A stretch of DNA of 64,000 nucleotides from Amoebidium appalachense (taxonomy: Eukaryota; Protista; Ichthyosporea), in contig CAVNZM010000001.1 of assembly GCA_963693365.1 (NCBI GenBank), positions 5,968,907-6,032,906 on the forward strand, read 5' to 3'. Below are positions 35,802-49,112 of this stretch, piece after piece. The notes beneath the pieces were generated by a model. That model had not been told where the DNA came from, did no database searches, and worked only from the letters and a program-made list of their open reading frames with translations. Both the position numbers and the translations under genes were made by a program. The stretch's first letter is position 1. Each line of letters opens with the position of its first letter.

Positions 35802-36744
35802 TGTGTGTTGCGGGGAGGGGTGGGGGGGGGTTAGAATGCAAGTACGCGCTTCAAATACAAATCTACGACGGACAACACAAGAGCAGGCTTTTGAAAATAA
35901 GTGCACACAAGATCAAGCATCGTGGCCTGTGTCCATTCTCGGGGGTGGCCCATGTCATTCAGAGGGGTGGGGAGGTCTCGGGAGGGGGGGGGGGGGGGGG
36001 GGGGGGAGACGGGCACGCATGTACCTTATACTCCCACTTGTCGCCATCCTGCTCTGCCAGCACATTAATTGCAAAGTCGTGGGGATTGAAGGGCAAAGGG
36101 AAGGCGGAGTCTGTGGCATAGACCCATGCAGACACCTCGAGAATGCTTCCTGGGGTTGATGGCTCAACGTACACTCGCTGGCTGAGCCCTGGTGACGAGA
36201 AAAGAGTGAAACATGTGAAAATGGAAGGAAAATGTTGGTTGTGTTACCGCGTGTGTGTGTTGGGGATGAAGAAGGGAATGGAGAAGATATGGGCAAACAG
36301 GAAGGAGTGAAGTAGTTCATTCGTTTTTTTTTTTTGGTAAAATGGGGGGGGGGGGGGGGGGGGGCATTGCATGATTAGCAAGAAGTCAGACACGCCACAC
36401 GGCAAAGCATCGAAACATGCGAAGGCAGTGCATAAGAGGGGTATCATCAAGGTATGAAGGCAGCTGCAGCCCCCCCCCCCCCCCCCCCCCCCTTCTGTGG
36501 GCTGACAGGGTGTCAAATCAACTTAGCTCTTGTTGTCGAGTGGCAGTTTTGAGCAAAGTGACATAGAGCCTAGAGTATTTATAGGGTTTTAACCTACCTC
36601 CCGTTTTTGGCCGTGGGCCTCTTGGTATGGCGACTTTTGCACTCCTCTGCCCTCCTCTGCTTTCGGTGGTGCTGTAGGCAAACCCTACCTCTCCCACTCT
36701 CGCCCAACCTTCTGATACCTCAAAGCTGGGATTGCGGAGGATCC
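34334..36744 (-). CDS. Single-pass membrane protein: CBM4/9-like carbohydrate-binding domain, Thr/Pro-rich mucin-like stalk, TM helix and cytoplasmic tail; 5' exon(s) unresolved
   Basis: Exons 36744-36598 (ILRNPSFEVSEGW...GQRSAKV), 36188-36025 (LSQRVYVEP...EVSAWV), 35722-34334 (W...VRVEC...GTVYFDNI, Thr-rich stalk, TM YIVIGVAVSAMIVLGAAVVAMVI followed by RHRQSRR). NPSFE, SAWV and VYFDN are typical of the CBM_4_9 beta-sandwich. Phases are consistent. Confidence 0.8.
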
Positions 36745-38649
36745 CTGTAGGAGCTTTTTGGTGAGTGTGCCTTTTATTTTATTTGTTTATTTTTTTTTTG
36801 GGGGGGGGGGGAGGGAGGGGGGGGAAGGTGGGACTCAGTGCACGCACTTGCGTGCAAGTGCCTGTATGTTGGTGTGTGTTAACAGGCTGCGTGTGTGTGT
36901 GTGTGTGTGTGTGTGTGCACGCGCGCAACTCTGCCACGGTACACGTGTGTGTGTGTGTGTGCACAAAATGTTTCCTTTTCCCCTTCCTCACCCTTTTTTG
37001 TCCAGCTTTTGATGTCAGTGCCTGAGTAAAGCGAGAATTCCAAAAGCATGTAAGCAGGGATGGTGAAAAAAACAAAAATACTCCTTAAATTACATAAGTG
37101 CAGAGGTACATGGATATGCAAGAAGGGTTAAGAGCGTACAACAGGCACCAGCAAAAGTTGAGACTGTTATACGCTTATGGCCAGCCAGGCATTAGGACGG
37201 GGTACAACCAGAATCAATCGAATCTTGCTCAGTAACACTTGCACCAATGCCCATATTATGGTGAAGATTCAGTTGGGAATCATAGGGAGCACTCAACATA
37301 CAACATTGTGACTGGGCTTGAAATAAAAAGGGTATTCAATTCTGTTGCCACCACTAAAGTATGTTCTCGCTGGCCTTAACGTGTATGTGTCTATGAGCTC
37401 TGCCTTGTGTGTCCCGTTTGTCATGTATTGGGAAAACGCACACCTATGGCACCCAACACGTATTACTTCGATCAAGTGTAGAAATATCTAGACCAAGTGT
37501 GAAAACTGGTTACACCGAGCCGGGTAAGGGGAAGTTTAACGGAAAGGGGGAGAGGAAAAGGTGCACACACCTCCAGCTGCATGTATAGAACCCGCCCACC
37601 CAAGCAGGCAGCCACAGGCTAGCACTCGTACCATGCTGGCTACGGCCCCAAAAGCCTATACTTAGTACATTATATACTCCGTCTATGTTCAACTTATATA
37701 ATAACCACTCTGTAGTTAGGTATGTGAAAAATGCCCTCTCTTTCGAGGTGTGCAAACCTTTAAACACAAAAAACAAGAAAGGCACTTCGGTTATGACTAC
37801 AGCCAGTAGCTTTGGCTTTATAAGCTTTTACCGTGCCCCAGTTAGAAAGTTACAGGGAGTCACTAGTCGTAGCTTGAAAAGTCCCAGTGTCTGTCTGCTG
37901 ATGTCGCGCCTATTGTACAAGTGACAGCTGCGTAGATGGCGTATGTGTTTCGAATTTCAGAAAATGTGAACCATCCCTTTAAGTGTTCTCATGTGTACCG
38001 TTAGCAGGCGTGCGTAATGAAGAGAAAGAAACATACAAAAAAAAACACACAAAAAAAACACAAAACGCGTATCACCGGCAGCTCGGCCAAAAACGTATTG
38101 TGGGCGTCTCGCCCCGTCGAGTGAACCTCAAGCTTCTTACGACTTGTAAATATGTCCATTAATCCTTTGAATCCAAAAGTTGTTAATGCGAAAATATTGG
38201 TGCTGACTAGAGTCGACGAGTCGGCTGGGTCGCGATTTTGTAAATATTCGTAACATTGATACACAGTGTGGGGCCTTTATTAATAAAAAGAAGTGTATTG
38301 AATTTTTTTAATCATCGTTTGGTGTGCGTAACGAAGCCTGTCCATGTGTCGTACTCGCTTGTTGGACCACTAAAAAAACGTACCCTTAGATAATTTCCGA
38401 TGCAGAAATATCTCGTTAGTGGCAAAGCGAAATCTTCATTCTTTTAGTGTTCAGCATCCTGATTGGTCACTTGCACAACAAACAAAATAAGTTGGAAGGT
38501 GACAAAGTTTCTGTGGGTGACCTGGATGTGTTCCCGGGAACTAAGCAGAGCCAGATAATGATAGATTTAGAGGTAAGCTGCATATTTTATTTCATACATC
38601 ACCATTGGATACAAGTAGTCTATGTAGTATTTATGCTTTAAATCGAGGG

Positions 38650-38854
38650 CAAGGCATTGCTCACCCCCCTGTCGGTCCGGTCCGGTCCGTTCCGGTCTGC
38701 CATTTTGGCGTTCCGGTCCCGGTCCGAATTCGGTCGTTTTTGCCCCCCCGCCGCCCCCCCCCGGGGGCCCCGGCGGCCCGGGCTCCTTTACCCCTCCCTC
38801 CCCCCCCCTGCACCTTCTCCCCCACGTCCGACCCCCTCCCACGGCCCTTCATAT

Positions 38855-38941
<87 letters not shown>

Positions 38942-39636
38942 CACCTCACCTCATGAGATGTTTTCTCCATCTCGAGCTCCCTCTGTATATATAACCGGTC
39001 CCCCTCCCCTGGACCCCCCCCCCCCTCCCTCCCCCCGGTTTCCATCCCCCCCTCCCGTGCCCCGGGCAGCTCTCCAGCTTGCCAATCCCCCCCCCCCCCC
39101 CCCCCCCCTCCTTTTCCCACCTTGCTCCCCCCCCCTTCCCCCTCGAGCTCAGTCTCCTTCCCCTGGTGGCCACTACCGCCAGAGTTAGCGCTGTCTGGCA
39201 CAACAACGGGGATTCTCCTCCCTTCATATCCTTTTGCAGCAAGTATGAGCATATGGACACATACTGGCCCACTCAGTTCATTACGTGGCTGAGTCTCGCC
39301 TCCTCATTTCAGGGATCTGAAAAATCCTGTCGAGCTACATATGTCCGGGGATAGAGATCTGAAGAAAGAGCATGCGTGCGTGTGTGTGGAAAGAGAGGAA
39401 AGAGAGTGGAAAAGAGAGTGTAGAGGGCGGGGAGGAGAGGGAAGAGGATAAGGAAAGGGCGGAGAGAGCCGGGCTGACTGACACTGGGCATGGTCATAAC
39501 GAGGAAAACACAGGAAAACAACTTGCACAAAAACAAGTGCTGAATACACCGGTCCTCACTTGTGAGGACCGGACCGGACCGGTCCGACCCCAGGACCGAC
39601 CGAACCGTCGGTCCGGTCTAGACCGGCAATGCCTTG
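38650..39636. mobile_element. Non-autonomous hAT-superfamily DNA transposon (MITE), 987 bp
   Basis: Perfect 11-bp TIRs CAAGGCATTGC (38650-38660) and GCAATGCCTTG (39626-39636); exact 8-bp TSD ATCGAGGG at 38642-38649 and 39637-39644; subterminal GGTCC/GGACC arrays at both ends; no transposase ORF. Confidence 0.9.
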
Positions 39637-41960
39637 ATCGAGGGTACACCGTTGTGAATTTCGCATGTGCTGACGAGACTGCTGATTCGATCAATATCAC
39701 TACAAGCTGTTGGCCGTGCGGGAGTTCATTTTAATTAGTCGTTGATGGACTGACCTAGGTTCCCCCAAACCCTCAAGCGGAGTCCTCTACAAAAAACGGT
39801 AATGTGTGAGCAACAGGCCGGCGGACGCTTCTGGGTTTCGGCTTAGTGACCAAAGCAAAGGTCTTTATAAGTATGTAACTAAGTTTTTAACCAACGTGCT
39901 AATTATTAGCCAAATCTTTACATCCCAAGAGGGTACTGGTTTATTCGTGAACCATTTAGGAAACTTTGAGTCATAAAGTTTGAGAATAATTTGGGGTTTT
40001 GAAATTGTTTTAATGGAGGAATTTCGTGTGAATACAACAGTTCTTGGAAGACTTGGGGTAGCTACGCTTAGCACGCTGATGCTGTAGAGTGTTCGAATAC
40101 ATGATTTGTGATGTATAGCACTGTTTACGTCTATTAACCTGTGATATGTCGTCTTTGTACCTTCTGAAGTCGTGTGCCTAAGGCAAAAAAAAGCAAAAAT
40201 GGTCAGGGCGGTAGGTGTACACAATACACCCCACACATCGAGTTTTTAGGGATCTTTACCAAATTAGGGAGAGCCAATCAACACACGAGAAAGGCTTCTA
40301 ATAGATTCCAAGGGAAAAATCCAACGGACCAACAGAAAGAAACCTCTCACCAACGTTTTCATAAATCTCATAAGTTTTCCAAGGCCTCCGAGGGTCCGAA
40401 TGCCATATGTTTTTATCTTTCGGAAGGCCTACATAGGGCAGGCACTGCCAGGCAGGCATCAATGATTCAAGGCCTTCTTATCTCCCTGGCAGGCATGTGT
40501 TTAATAGTACGTTGTGTCTGAAGCCCTGCTTCAGTGGGTCGTGGGCCCGTTCGTTGGTGGTATGGCCCTGTGCACACACAGACACGTTCCCTGGGGCCTA
40601 ATCTGTGCGCGTATGTCACTAAGATAGTTGAGGTGGCCTTGCTCGTGCTTTCCTCTCCTACCTCCCACTATTGCTAGGCCTAGTCCAAGTCTTTCTCACT
40701 AGACTTCCCTTGATTTTCAACACGCCAGTGGCCTCGTGCCGTTGGCGGGTGGTGGGGGGAAAAAACCCTGAAATGCCGGCAACAAGCATACACATACGGC
40801 GTGATCAGATTTGCTTGGGTGGTTCACTGATAAGATACTTAAGATGAAAGAACCAGGAAAGGGTGGGTGTGAGGCGGGAGGGGGGGGGGGGGGGAGAGGG
40901 GGGAGGGAGAGGTGTGTGTGTGGGGGGGGGGGGGGGGGAGGGGGGGAGGGAGGGAGGTCGAGCGTGTTTGACTTGGGAGTGCACAACCTGAACAGTCAAG
41001 AGCAACTGACAGACAATTTATTAAATTTGCATAAACCAAACCGAAGGTTCTAATTTACTTCCTTTAAGCGGCAAGAAGTTTTGTGTGTGCGCGCGCATGA
41101 GTGTGTGTTTGTGTTTGCAATTAAGTCAGAGAAAGATTAGGTGGGTTGGATGCAAGTCTGACACTTGTCCCAGTGCTCGCATGTGCACCTGTTTGTGTGC
41201 GAGCCTGCCCGTGAATTGTTGTGTGTGTGTACTCTTGTCAGCGCGCGTGTGTGTGGCTGTGTGTGTGTGTGTGTGTGTGTGTGTGTCTGTCTGAGTGCAT
41301 GTGTGTGCGTGTGGTTGTGTGTGCGTGTATGTGTGCATGTACACGTGTGTTTGTGTGTGTCTGCAAAAGGCTTCTATAAAGCGTGGCCGGTTCCGACATA
41401 ACTACTGTAGGAATATTTGTGCATCCTCACCCAAACCTGTTTGGTTGTGTTTTTTTTTTCTTGTTTTTTTTATTTTTTATTGAAACTTATGTGCTCTTTT
41501 TTGGCTTCGACTTTAGTGTCCCGGCTTCTGGCCTATATATTGGCCACCACCCAAACCTTGGCCGGATAGCACGTATGTTCTTGTAAAGGCATTCCTAAGA
41601 GTCTATGATTTAGCACATATAAAGTCTCTTGCTGCCGCAGCACAAGAGCATGTAGAAATCAGAATCCAGTTACACCTCTCAAGCGTTCGTGTGTGAGGAA
41701 ACGTGATGACGAACATGAAACTGTGCAGTGCTTGGGTATACTGTATCCAATATACTGTGTTTATTTGTGCACTCAAAGTATACGGTACCTTCATCACAGT
41801 GCTTGCTGGTAGGGTCTGTGTCGGCACAGCATCCAGCCATATATAACAGGCTATCCTGACGACATACCGGCACTTCAGTGTGACCACTGAATAGGTCGAA
41901 GCAAAAATACGGCTGGTTTTCCAAGGGGTACTATTAACAGACATACTGTGTTCATGATCT

Positions 41961-42214
41961 ATGTTTGTCGGACCTCTCACTTTCTATCATCATACTAGTT
42001 CTTGCTCACTGTCAGTGCTCATGATTTATGCTTGTAGGACCTCTCACTTTCTATCATCATACTAGTTCTTGCTCACTGTCAGTGCTCATGATTTATGTTT
42101 GTAGGACCTTTCACTTTCTATCATCATACTAGTTCTTGCTCACTGTCGGTGCTTTTATGTTTGTAGGACCTCTCACTTTCTAACATCATACTAGTTCTTG
42201 CTCACTGTCAGTGC
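41961..42214 (+). repeat. Tandem repeat of about 67 bp, 4 copies, immediately upstream of a splice acceptor
   Basis: ATGTTTGTAGGACCTCTCACTTTCTATCATCATACTAGTTCTTGCTCACTGTCAGTGC(TCATGATTT) starts at about 41961, 42028, 42095 and 42157. Confidence 0.9.
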
Positions 42215-42233
42215 CTGTTATGTTTCTGTATAG

Positions 42234-42358
42234 ACTCGAAGTATGGCACGGGAGGCGAAAGACGCTTTGTTGATGATAGAGTTCCAGAGGTTGAGACAGG
42301 CCAGCCAGGCACACCTGACACAGGCTGTAGGTGCGTATGGTTTGTGTGTGTGTGTGTG

Positions 42359-42446
<88 letters not shown>

Positions 42447-42531
42447 GTGTGTGTGTGTCGTGTGTCTCTGTGTGTGTGTGTGTGTGTGTGCGTGCGTATG
42501 CGTGTGTGCATGTGTTTGTGTGTGTGTGTTT

Positions 42532-42566
<35 letters not shown>

Positions 42567-42818
42567 TCGCTGTGTGTGTCTGCACGCATGCGTGCGTGTT
42601 TGTGTGTTCACAAATTTGTCTCATTTTGTGTGTGTTGTTTTGGTGTTCAGGTTTTCGTGTGGGTGTTTGTGTGCGCCGCTGTCTGCTGTGTTGGTGCGGG
42701 TTGTGTGCGTCTTTGGCCTCTGTTTGGATACGTATGCCTGTCCCTCAGAATGCATGTCCTGATATCTGGGTGTGCTCCCTGCGTGCCTGCCTGCCTGGCC
42801 TGCCTGCCTGCCTGCCAG

Positions 42819-42873
<55 letters not shown>

Positions 42874-43813
42874 CCTGGCTCCCTCCCTCCCTCCCTCCCT
42901 CCCATTCTGCCGGCCTGTGTGTGTGTATGCATGCCACAGCCTCTGTGCAGCTCTCTGCATGAATGTGTCTGTATGCAGAGTTTGGGTGTATATCCGCCAT
43001 AGTTAACATGCACCGATGGAAAAGGGGTTCTCGTATTGCGATTCAACATGGGGTGGTGGTGCTCCCCCCCCCCCCCCCTCCCCCCCTCCCCTTCTCCCCC
43101 TTCCCGCCCCTCCTCCTTCTCGTTCCTCCCTGCCACCCTACGCTCGCTTTCCCCCTTGCCTTTTAACGTTTTCTCCTGTGTGTTTATGCTGTGGGTACTT
43201 GTAATATGTGCCTGACTGTCGTGTCCATACCTCTCTCTCGAGCTCTCTCCTCTTTCTCTCCCCCCCCCTCCCCCCTCCCCCCAAACATACACACACCCCC
43301 TTTCCCCGTCCCTCCCTCTCTCGCTCCCCCCCCCCCCCCTCCCTTTCCCCCTCCCCCCTTCCCTCCCTCCCTCCCTCCCTCTCTCCCTCGCTCCTTCCCT
43401 CCCTTCCTCCTTCCCTCCCTCCCCTCCCTCCCTCCCTTCCTCCCTCCCTCTCTAGCTCCCTTCCTCCCTCCCTCCCTCCCTCCCCCCGCCCGTCCCCTCT
43501 CTATCTATGTCATCGCTCTCCCTCCCCCTCCCCTCTCCCTCCCCCCCCCTCTCTCCCTCCCTCTCTCGCGCTCTCTCTCTTCCCCATCCCCCCCCCCTCT
43601 CATCTCACTTCTCCCCCCTCCCCCTCCTCTCTCTCACACACACATTTATGCACACCTAATCTTCTCCCTCTATTTGTTGATGTAGGCCCATGCATATGTT
43701 GATATGCCAGAGTAAAGTGACATGTGGCTGGGGTATAAGTTGTTTTTGGGAACGAAGAAAATTTTTTCCTCCTTTTTTTTCATGGGTAGTTGGTTGGGTG
43801 GGTGGGTGGGTGT

Positions 43814-43861
<48 letters not shown>

Positions 43862-44532
43862 CTTTGGTTTAATTTTAGTGGCAGTGCTTTTTGGTGCTCA
43901 CAACTCAAAAAACCTTTCGAAGTCATGCAATAATGGTCGAATGGCTGGGGGTTTGCGGGGTGGGGGGGGAAAGAGGTGGAGCATACAGAAAGACGGACCC
44001 GCTGGATATCAGAGTCGATTTATATGTCCAGCACACAAATCTCTCTCTCTCTCTCTTCTTCCCCCCCCCCCCCCCCCTCTCCCCCCCTTCACACACACAC
44101 ACACACACACACACAACCCCCCCCCCCTCCCCTCGACCCCCCCCTCCCCCTGCCTCCCCCAACCACCACCACTGATTTATGGTGTCTTGTGTGCATGCAG
44201 GCAGTGATAGCACGGTGTCATTTGAGGATGCATGTCTTGCGCTCAAGGCCACCACTGATGCCTGCTACGAGCTACTTGCACGCATAGACTACGAGTGGGC
44301 CCACAGGCTGCAAACTGCAAACCACGACCACAGGGTAAACAATAATCTTAGTTAGTTAATAAAAAAAATTAATACACCATTAATGCTTAATCCCGTACCA
44401 TCAGTGTGCTCCTAATTCCTATTTAGATGCTGATATATCCTTGCATTCCTCCCTGCCAACTACGCTATTTGGGTTCCCTCCCTTCAAGGGCCTCTCTATC
44501 TGTCTGCACCCCTATAGTTACTCACCATCCTT

Positions 44533-44567
<35 letters not shown>

Positions 44568-45232
44568 CTCTTCATGTGTGGTTTGCACTCTGCATCGTTT
44601 TGTCCGTTGTTCATGTGTGCTTCGCACTGAATAGCACATTCACCCCCCTCCCCCCTCCCCCCTCCCCCTCGCTCTCCCCCTCCTCCTCCTCTTCGGGGCG
44701 TCCTCACTAGAGTTTGCGTCAGGCATACGGCCGTTGAGTGCACATGTGATGGAGTAGATTGAGTGGATTTCATATATAAAGTGTATTCAATACCCTATGT
44801 GGCTCGTGTAAGCTGCAGCAAGTGACTTAGACTCGTATTCAAGCATGGAAAAATACTGTGGTGGGTTTGCAGCGTCACCTAGGTTTCTGTTGCCCGCGGA
44901 AGCAATTTGATTTAATTGTCTTTCCAGTTGGCATGCGAAGGGGAATTAAACATAACCTTTTAAGGGGGCATAATGCTTGTAGTAATGATGTTGCCGAGGT
45001 TTGCAAGTTAAGGGGTGCATGGAGAATGCTGGGTCTATCTACATACTGGAAATGGGTGCTTTTGGACGGGAGATGAGAACGGTCGATGAAGCATTCACAC
45101 ATTGATTTGGAATTAACCATGGGAGGTGCGAGGGGAGGGAGGAAGGCAAGGAGCGTGTTTTCTTTTCTTTTCTTTTTCAATCTACTTTGCTGTTGGGTGG
45201 TAGTGGGGATGAGGGGTGGTGTGCGCGCGCGT

Positions 45233-45311
<79 letters not shown>

Positions 45312-45409
45312 GGGGGGGGGGGGGGGGGAGGGGGGAGTCGGTCTCTGAGTTGGGTCACAGGCACGGATCAAGGCACAGGATGAAGAATGGCAACAGAGAC
45401 TCGATCAGC

Positions 45410-45463
<54 letters not shown>

Positions 45464-45504
45464 AGCTTGTATACGTGTGTGGATGTGTGTGTGAATGTGA
45501 ATGT

Positions 45505-45537
<33 letters not shown>

Positions 45538-45640
45538 GGGGGGGGGGGGGGGGGTAGCTACGTGATTATCTGTGTGTATATGCAAGGCGTGTGTTAATGT
45601 ACATGTTTCTTGCATCCATTTGTTGTGTGTGTGTGTGATG

Positions 45641-45678
<38 letters not shown>

Positions 45679-45705
45679 GGGGGGGGAGGGGAGGGGGGGG
45701 GGGGG

Positions 45706-45747
<42 letters not shown>

Positions 45748-46008
45748 TGTGTGTACGAGTCTGTGTGTATGTGTGGAGGTTTTGAGTTTGTGTGTGCCCG
45801 CGCCCATGTGTGCGTGCGGCCGTAGGTCTGTGCATGCTTGCATGTTTGTGTGTGGCTGTCAAATAGGTTTCCCCTCTGAATGTTTCCCTTTTCCGTGTCT
45901 GTGTAAGGTTTCTTTCCCGGATGTATTACATTCGAAAGGGCTTTTGTGTTGGTGTGGTGGTGATATTGTTAACAGCGGGCAAACTGGGGAAGTGTGTGTG
46001 TGTGTGTG

Positions 46009-46084
<76 letters not shown>

Positions 46085-46129
46085 TTTCCACTGAGAGGGA
46101 GGGGGGGAATTGGGTGGTTTTTTTTTTTT

Positions 46130-46182
<53 letters not shown>

Positions 46183-46466
46183 TTTCCACTGCAGGAACGA
46201 AAGTGAACACAATAATAGAAACAACGAACTACGTACGGTACAATCTTTAAGTTAAAAAAAAACTATGCCTTTTTGTGCATGGAGCTTCATCTTTCAGGTC
46301 TGGACATTTTCTGAGTATCTGGGAATGCTCAGCCGTCATTCACGTCTGCATCTTTACGCAGCCAGACTATCTTTTCCGGTTGGATAGTTTTTTGCTCCTG
46401 TTTGTGCACTGGTGGAAAGTGATGAAACAAGCAAAGTCTTCCCCACGTGTCTGCTCGTCAACAGCC

Positions 46467-46515
<49 letters not shown>

Positions 46516-46840
46516 ACCCCCCACCCACACACACACACACACACACACCCCAACCCAACCCATTCACCCACTCACCCACTTACTCGTGCCTCCCCCCTAC
46601 CTCCCCCCTCCCGCCCCCCTCCCCCCTTCTTCTCCATCTGCATGTGTGGTCCGTCGTGTGTGTACCTGGTACTCTGACACATTCTGCCCCCCCTCCCCCC
46701 CCCTCCCCCCCTTCCCTCCATCATAGACGCGCAACTGGACGGAGCAGCAAGAGAAGTGGCAGACAGAGATTGCAGCCACACAGGCCCAGCTGGATGCCCT
46801 CGAGGCCGAGCTCACAGACAGACTGGCAAAATTGCAGTGA
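42234..46840 (+). CDS. Hypothetical small helical/coiled-coil protein; 5' end uncertain (about 129 aa if ATG 42243 is the start)
   Basis: Exons 42234-42330 (MAREAKDALLMIEFQRLRQASQAHLTQAV), 44201-44334 (SFEDACLALKATTDACYELLARIDYEWAHRLQ), 45361-45414 (ARIKAQDEEWQQRLDQQG), 46727-46840 (WTEQQEKWQTEIAATQAQLDALEAELTDRLAKLQ*). AG/GT boundaries give an open frame; no family recognised. Confidence 0.6.
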
Positions 46841-47542
46841 AAATGGTGGGGGAGGTCTGAGACATTGGTAATTCGCTCTGTTCATGAACCCCACTGCACA
46901 AATTTCAATGCCCTTTTTGATATTAATATATTGAACTTGATATTGATGAAGGAATGAACACGTCGGATATTCCGGCTTTTTTGGTTTTTTTGTATGATGT
47001 GTGTGTGCATGATAGGTAATGAGAGGAAGTACTTAATTTGCACAGTCAACGGTGTGTTTCTGAGAAAGCCAATAAGAGCATATATATATTAGTTAGTAAA
47101 TGGGGTATACGGGCCCTTAACAATTAAGATGTTATATTGTAATTCACGACCTGCTGTTGATGGCCGTAATGTTGCAATAGCGATTAGCCAAATATTGAAA
47201 TTTGGGCGGGAAATTTTTGCGCGCCAAAAAAGAAGTTTTTGTAAAACTAAAAGAAAAGAAGGGATATTGATCCGTTGCTCTTTGGAAAAGCCGTTTTAAT
47301 ATCTGATAATGTTATAATGAAGCTCACAGCATAACTTATCGTTCATCAATGTGCCTGCCGACTTCCTTGCATCTTTCCACACCAATTATTTCCATCTGTT
47401 TATTTCACTGTCCAATGTACTTCTGCACAATATCATGACCGGCTCGGCTGCTTCAAATTCGTAGCCTGCCACCGCGTGCCGTGGCTTTTGGTGGAGGGGG
47501 AAGGTGGGCGTGCGTGGGTGGGTTGGTGGGGGTTGGGGGGTA

Positions 47543-47589
<47 letters not shown>

Positions 47590-47670
47590 CTTGGCTAATG
47601 CAACAATATTTCAAATTCCGACCCACAACCTCTCGCTCGAACGGTTTGTCCTACCGTAGGTCCTGTAGTA

Positions 47671-47943
47671 CAGATACCGTCCGCGAATAAGAACCCCCCA
47701 AAATGTGGCCCGGGGGGCGGAATCTTAAATTTTTTGGAGGGTCTTTTTTTTTTTTTTTTTTTTTTGGGTCGGGGTCAGAATCTTAAGGGCGGGGGATCAC
47801 CCAGTACTGTATGATGATTTACTCATCCGTCCGCCAATAAGATCACCCCGAAAACTTGCCGGGGGGCAGAATCTAAAAAAAACCCCGATTTTGCCGGGGG
47901 CAAAATCTTATTGGCAGGGGTTCTTATTCGCGGACGGTATCTG
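47671..47943. mobile_element. Tc1/mariner-pogo-type MITE, 273 bp
   Basis: Perfect 27-bp TIRs CAGATACCGTCCGCGAATAAGAACCCC and GGGGTTCTTATTCGCGGACGGTATCTG, flanked by TA on both sides (47669-47670, 47944-47945); degenerate internal TIR-like copy near 47826-47850. Confidence 0.9.
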
Positions 47944-47945
47944 TA

Positions 47946-47992
<47 letters not shown>

Positions 47993-48049
47993 ACCACCAC
48001 CATCACCTCCCCCACCCCCCCCCCCCCCCCCCCCCCCCCACCCCACAGA

Positions 48050-48085
<36 letters not shown>

Positions 48086-48160
48086 ACTACCACCACCACC
48101 ACCACCACCACCACGTGCACCACCACCATCACACTGTGATCACGTGACCAATTTTTTTTT

Positions 48161-48191
<31 letters not shown>

Positions 48192-48231
48192 GGGGGGCAA
48201 AAAAACATGCATACACGCTGACACGTACGCG

Positions 48232-48317
<86 letters not shown>

Positions 48318-48451
48318 GGGGGGGGGAGTAAGGGAGGGAGAGGTGTGTGTTTGGGGTGGGCGGGGGGAGAAAGGGAGGGAGAGGGGAGGTGGGGGGGGGG
48401 GGGGGGGGGGGGGGGGGGGAGAAAGAGAGAGAGAGTCGAGAGAAAGAGAGA

Positions 48452-48514
<63 letters not shown>

Positions 48515-48617
48515 CTGAGAGAGAGAGAGAGAGAGAGAGAGAGGGGAGGGAGGGAGGGAGGGAGGGAGGGAGGGAGGGAGGGAGGGAGGGAGGGAGGGAG
48601 GGAGGGAGGGAGGGAGG

Positions 48618-48669
<52 letters not shown>

Positions 48670-49072
48670 TAAAGCCTTGTTAGGGTTCAACTGCACTGTA
48701 TTCTTCGTGCACCATTGACATGATATCCTGATTGAAAGCAAAGGAGCTTGGTGATGATCCGTGATGATCGGTTACCCTTGCTGATGATCGATCAATCGAT
48801 CTTGTTACATATGCGCCTGATCTGAGCTAACATATGTACATGAATGCACGCGGGGCATCACTCAGGGCTACGCTTTATTACCTTTTGACTCATATGAAGG
48901 TGTTCTAACTTTCGAGGGGCCCGGGCCGAGGTCGACCATCTCGGCGAAGCGTCTACATTAATTGCTCGTGCTAGCTACGTAGTGCGTACCGCACTAGTGT
49001 TCACGCGCGGCACGTGCACCTGATCGGTCCCCCTTTTATAAAATAATAAGTTTTTTTTTTGTTTTTTTTTTT

Positions 49073-49112
<40 letters not shown>

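Noticed and set aside
37150-38264. Possible first exon(s) of the CBM membrane-protein gene
   Set aside because: Several short minus-strand frames exist, but none gives a convincing ATG, signal peptide and phase-1 donor together.
46010-46083. Very long poly-G run suggesting G-quadruplex function
   Set aside because: Such runs occur throughout the window and homopolymer lengths are unreliable in assemblies; nothing specific to this locus.
47205-47228. Two E2F-like words (GCGGGAAA, GCGCCAAA)
   Set aside because: Short motifs downstream of a stop codon with no identified adjacent gene start; chance or transposon origin cannot be excluded.
48750-48830. Repeated TGATGA plus CTGA resembling a C/D-box snoRNA
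   Set aside because: No terminal stem or recognisable rRNA antisense element; it looks like a short GTGATGATC repeat.
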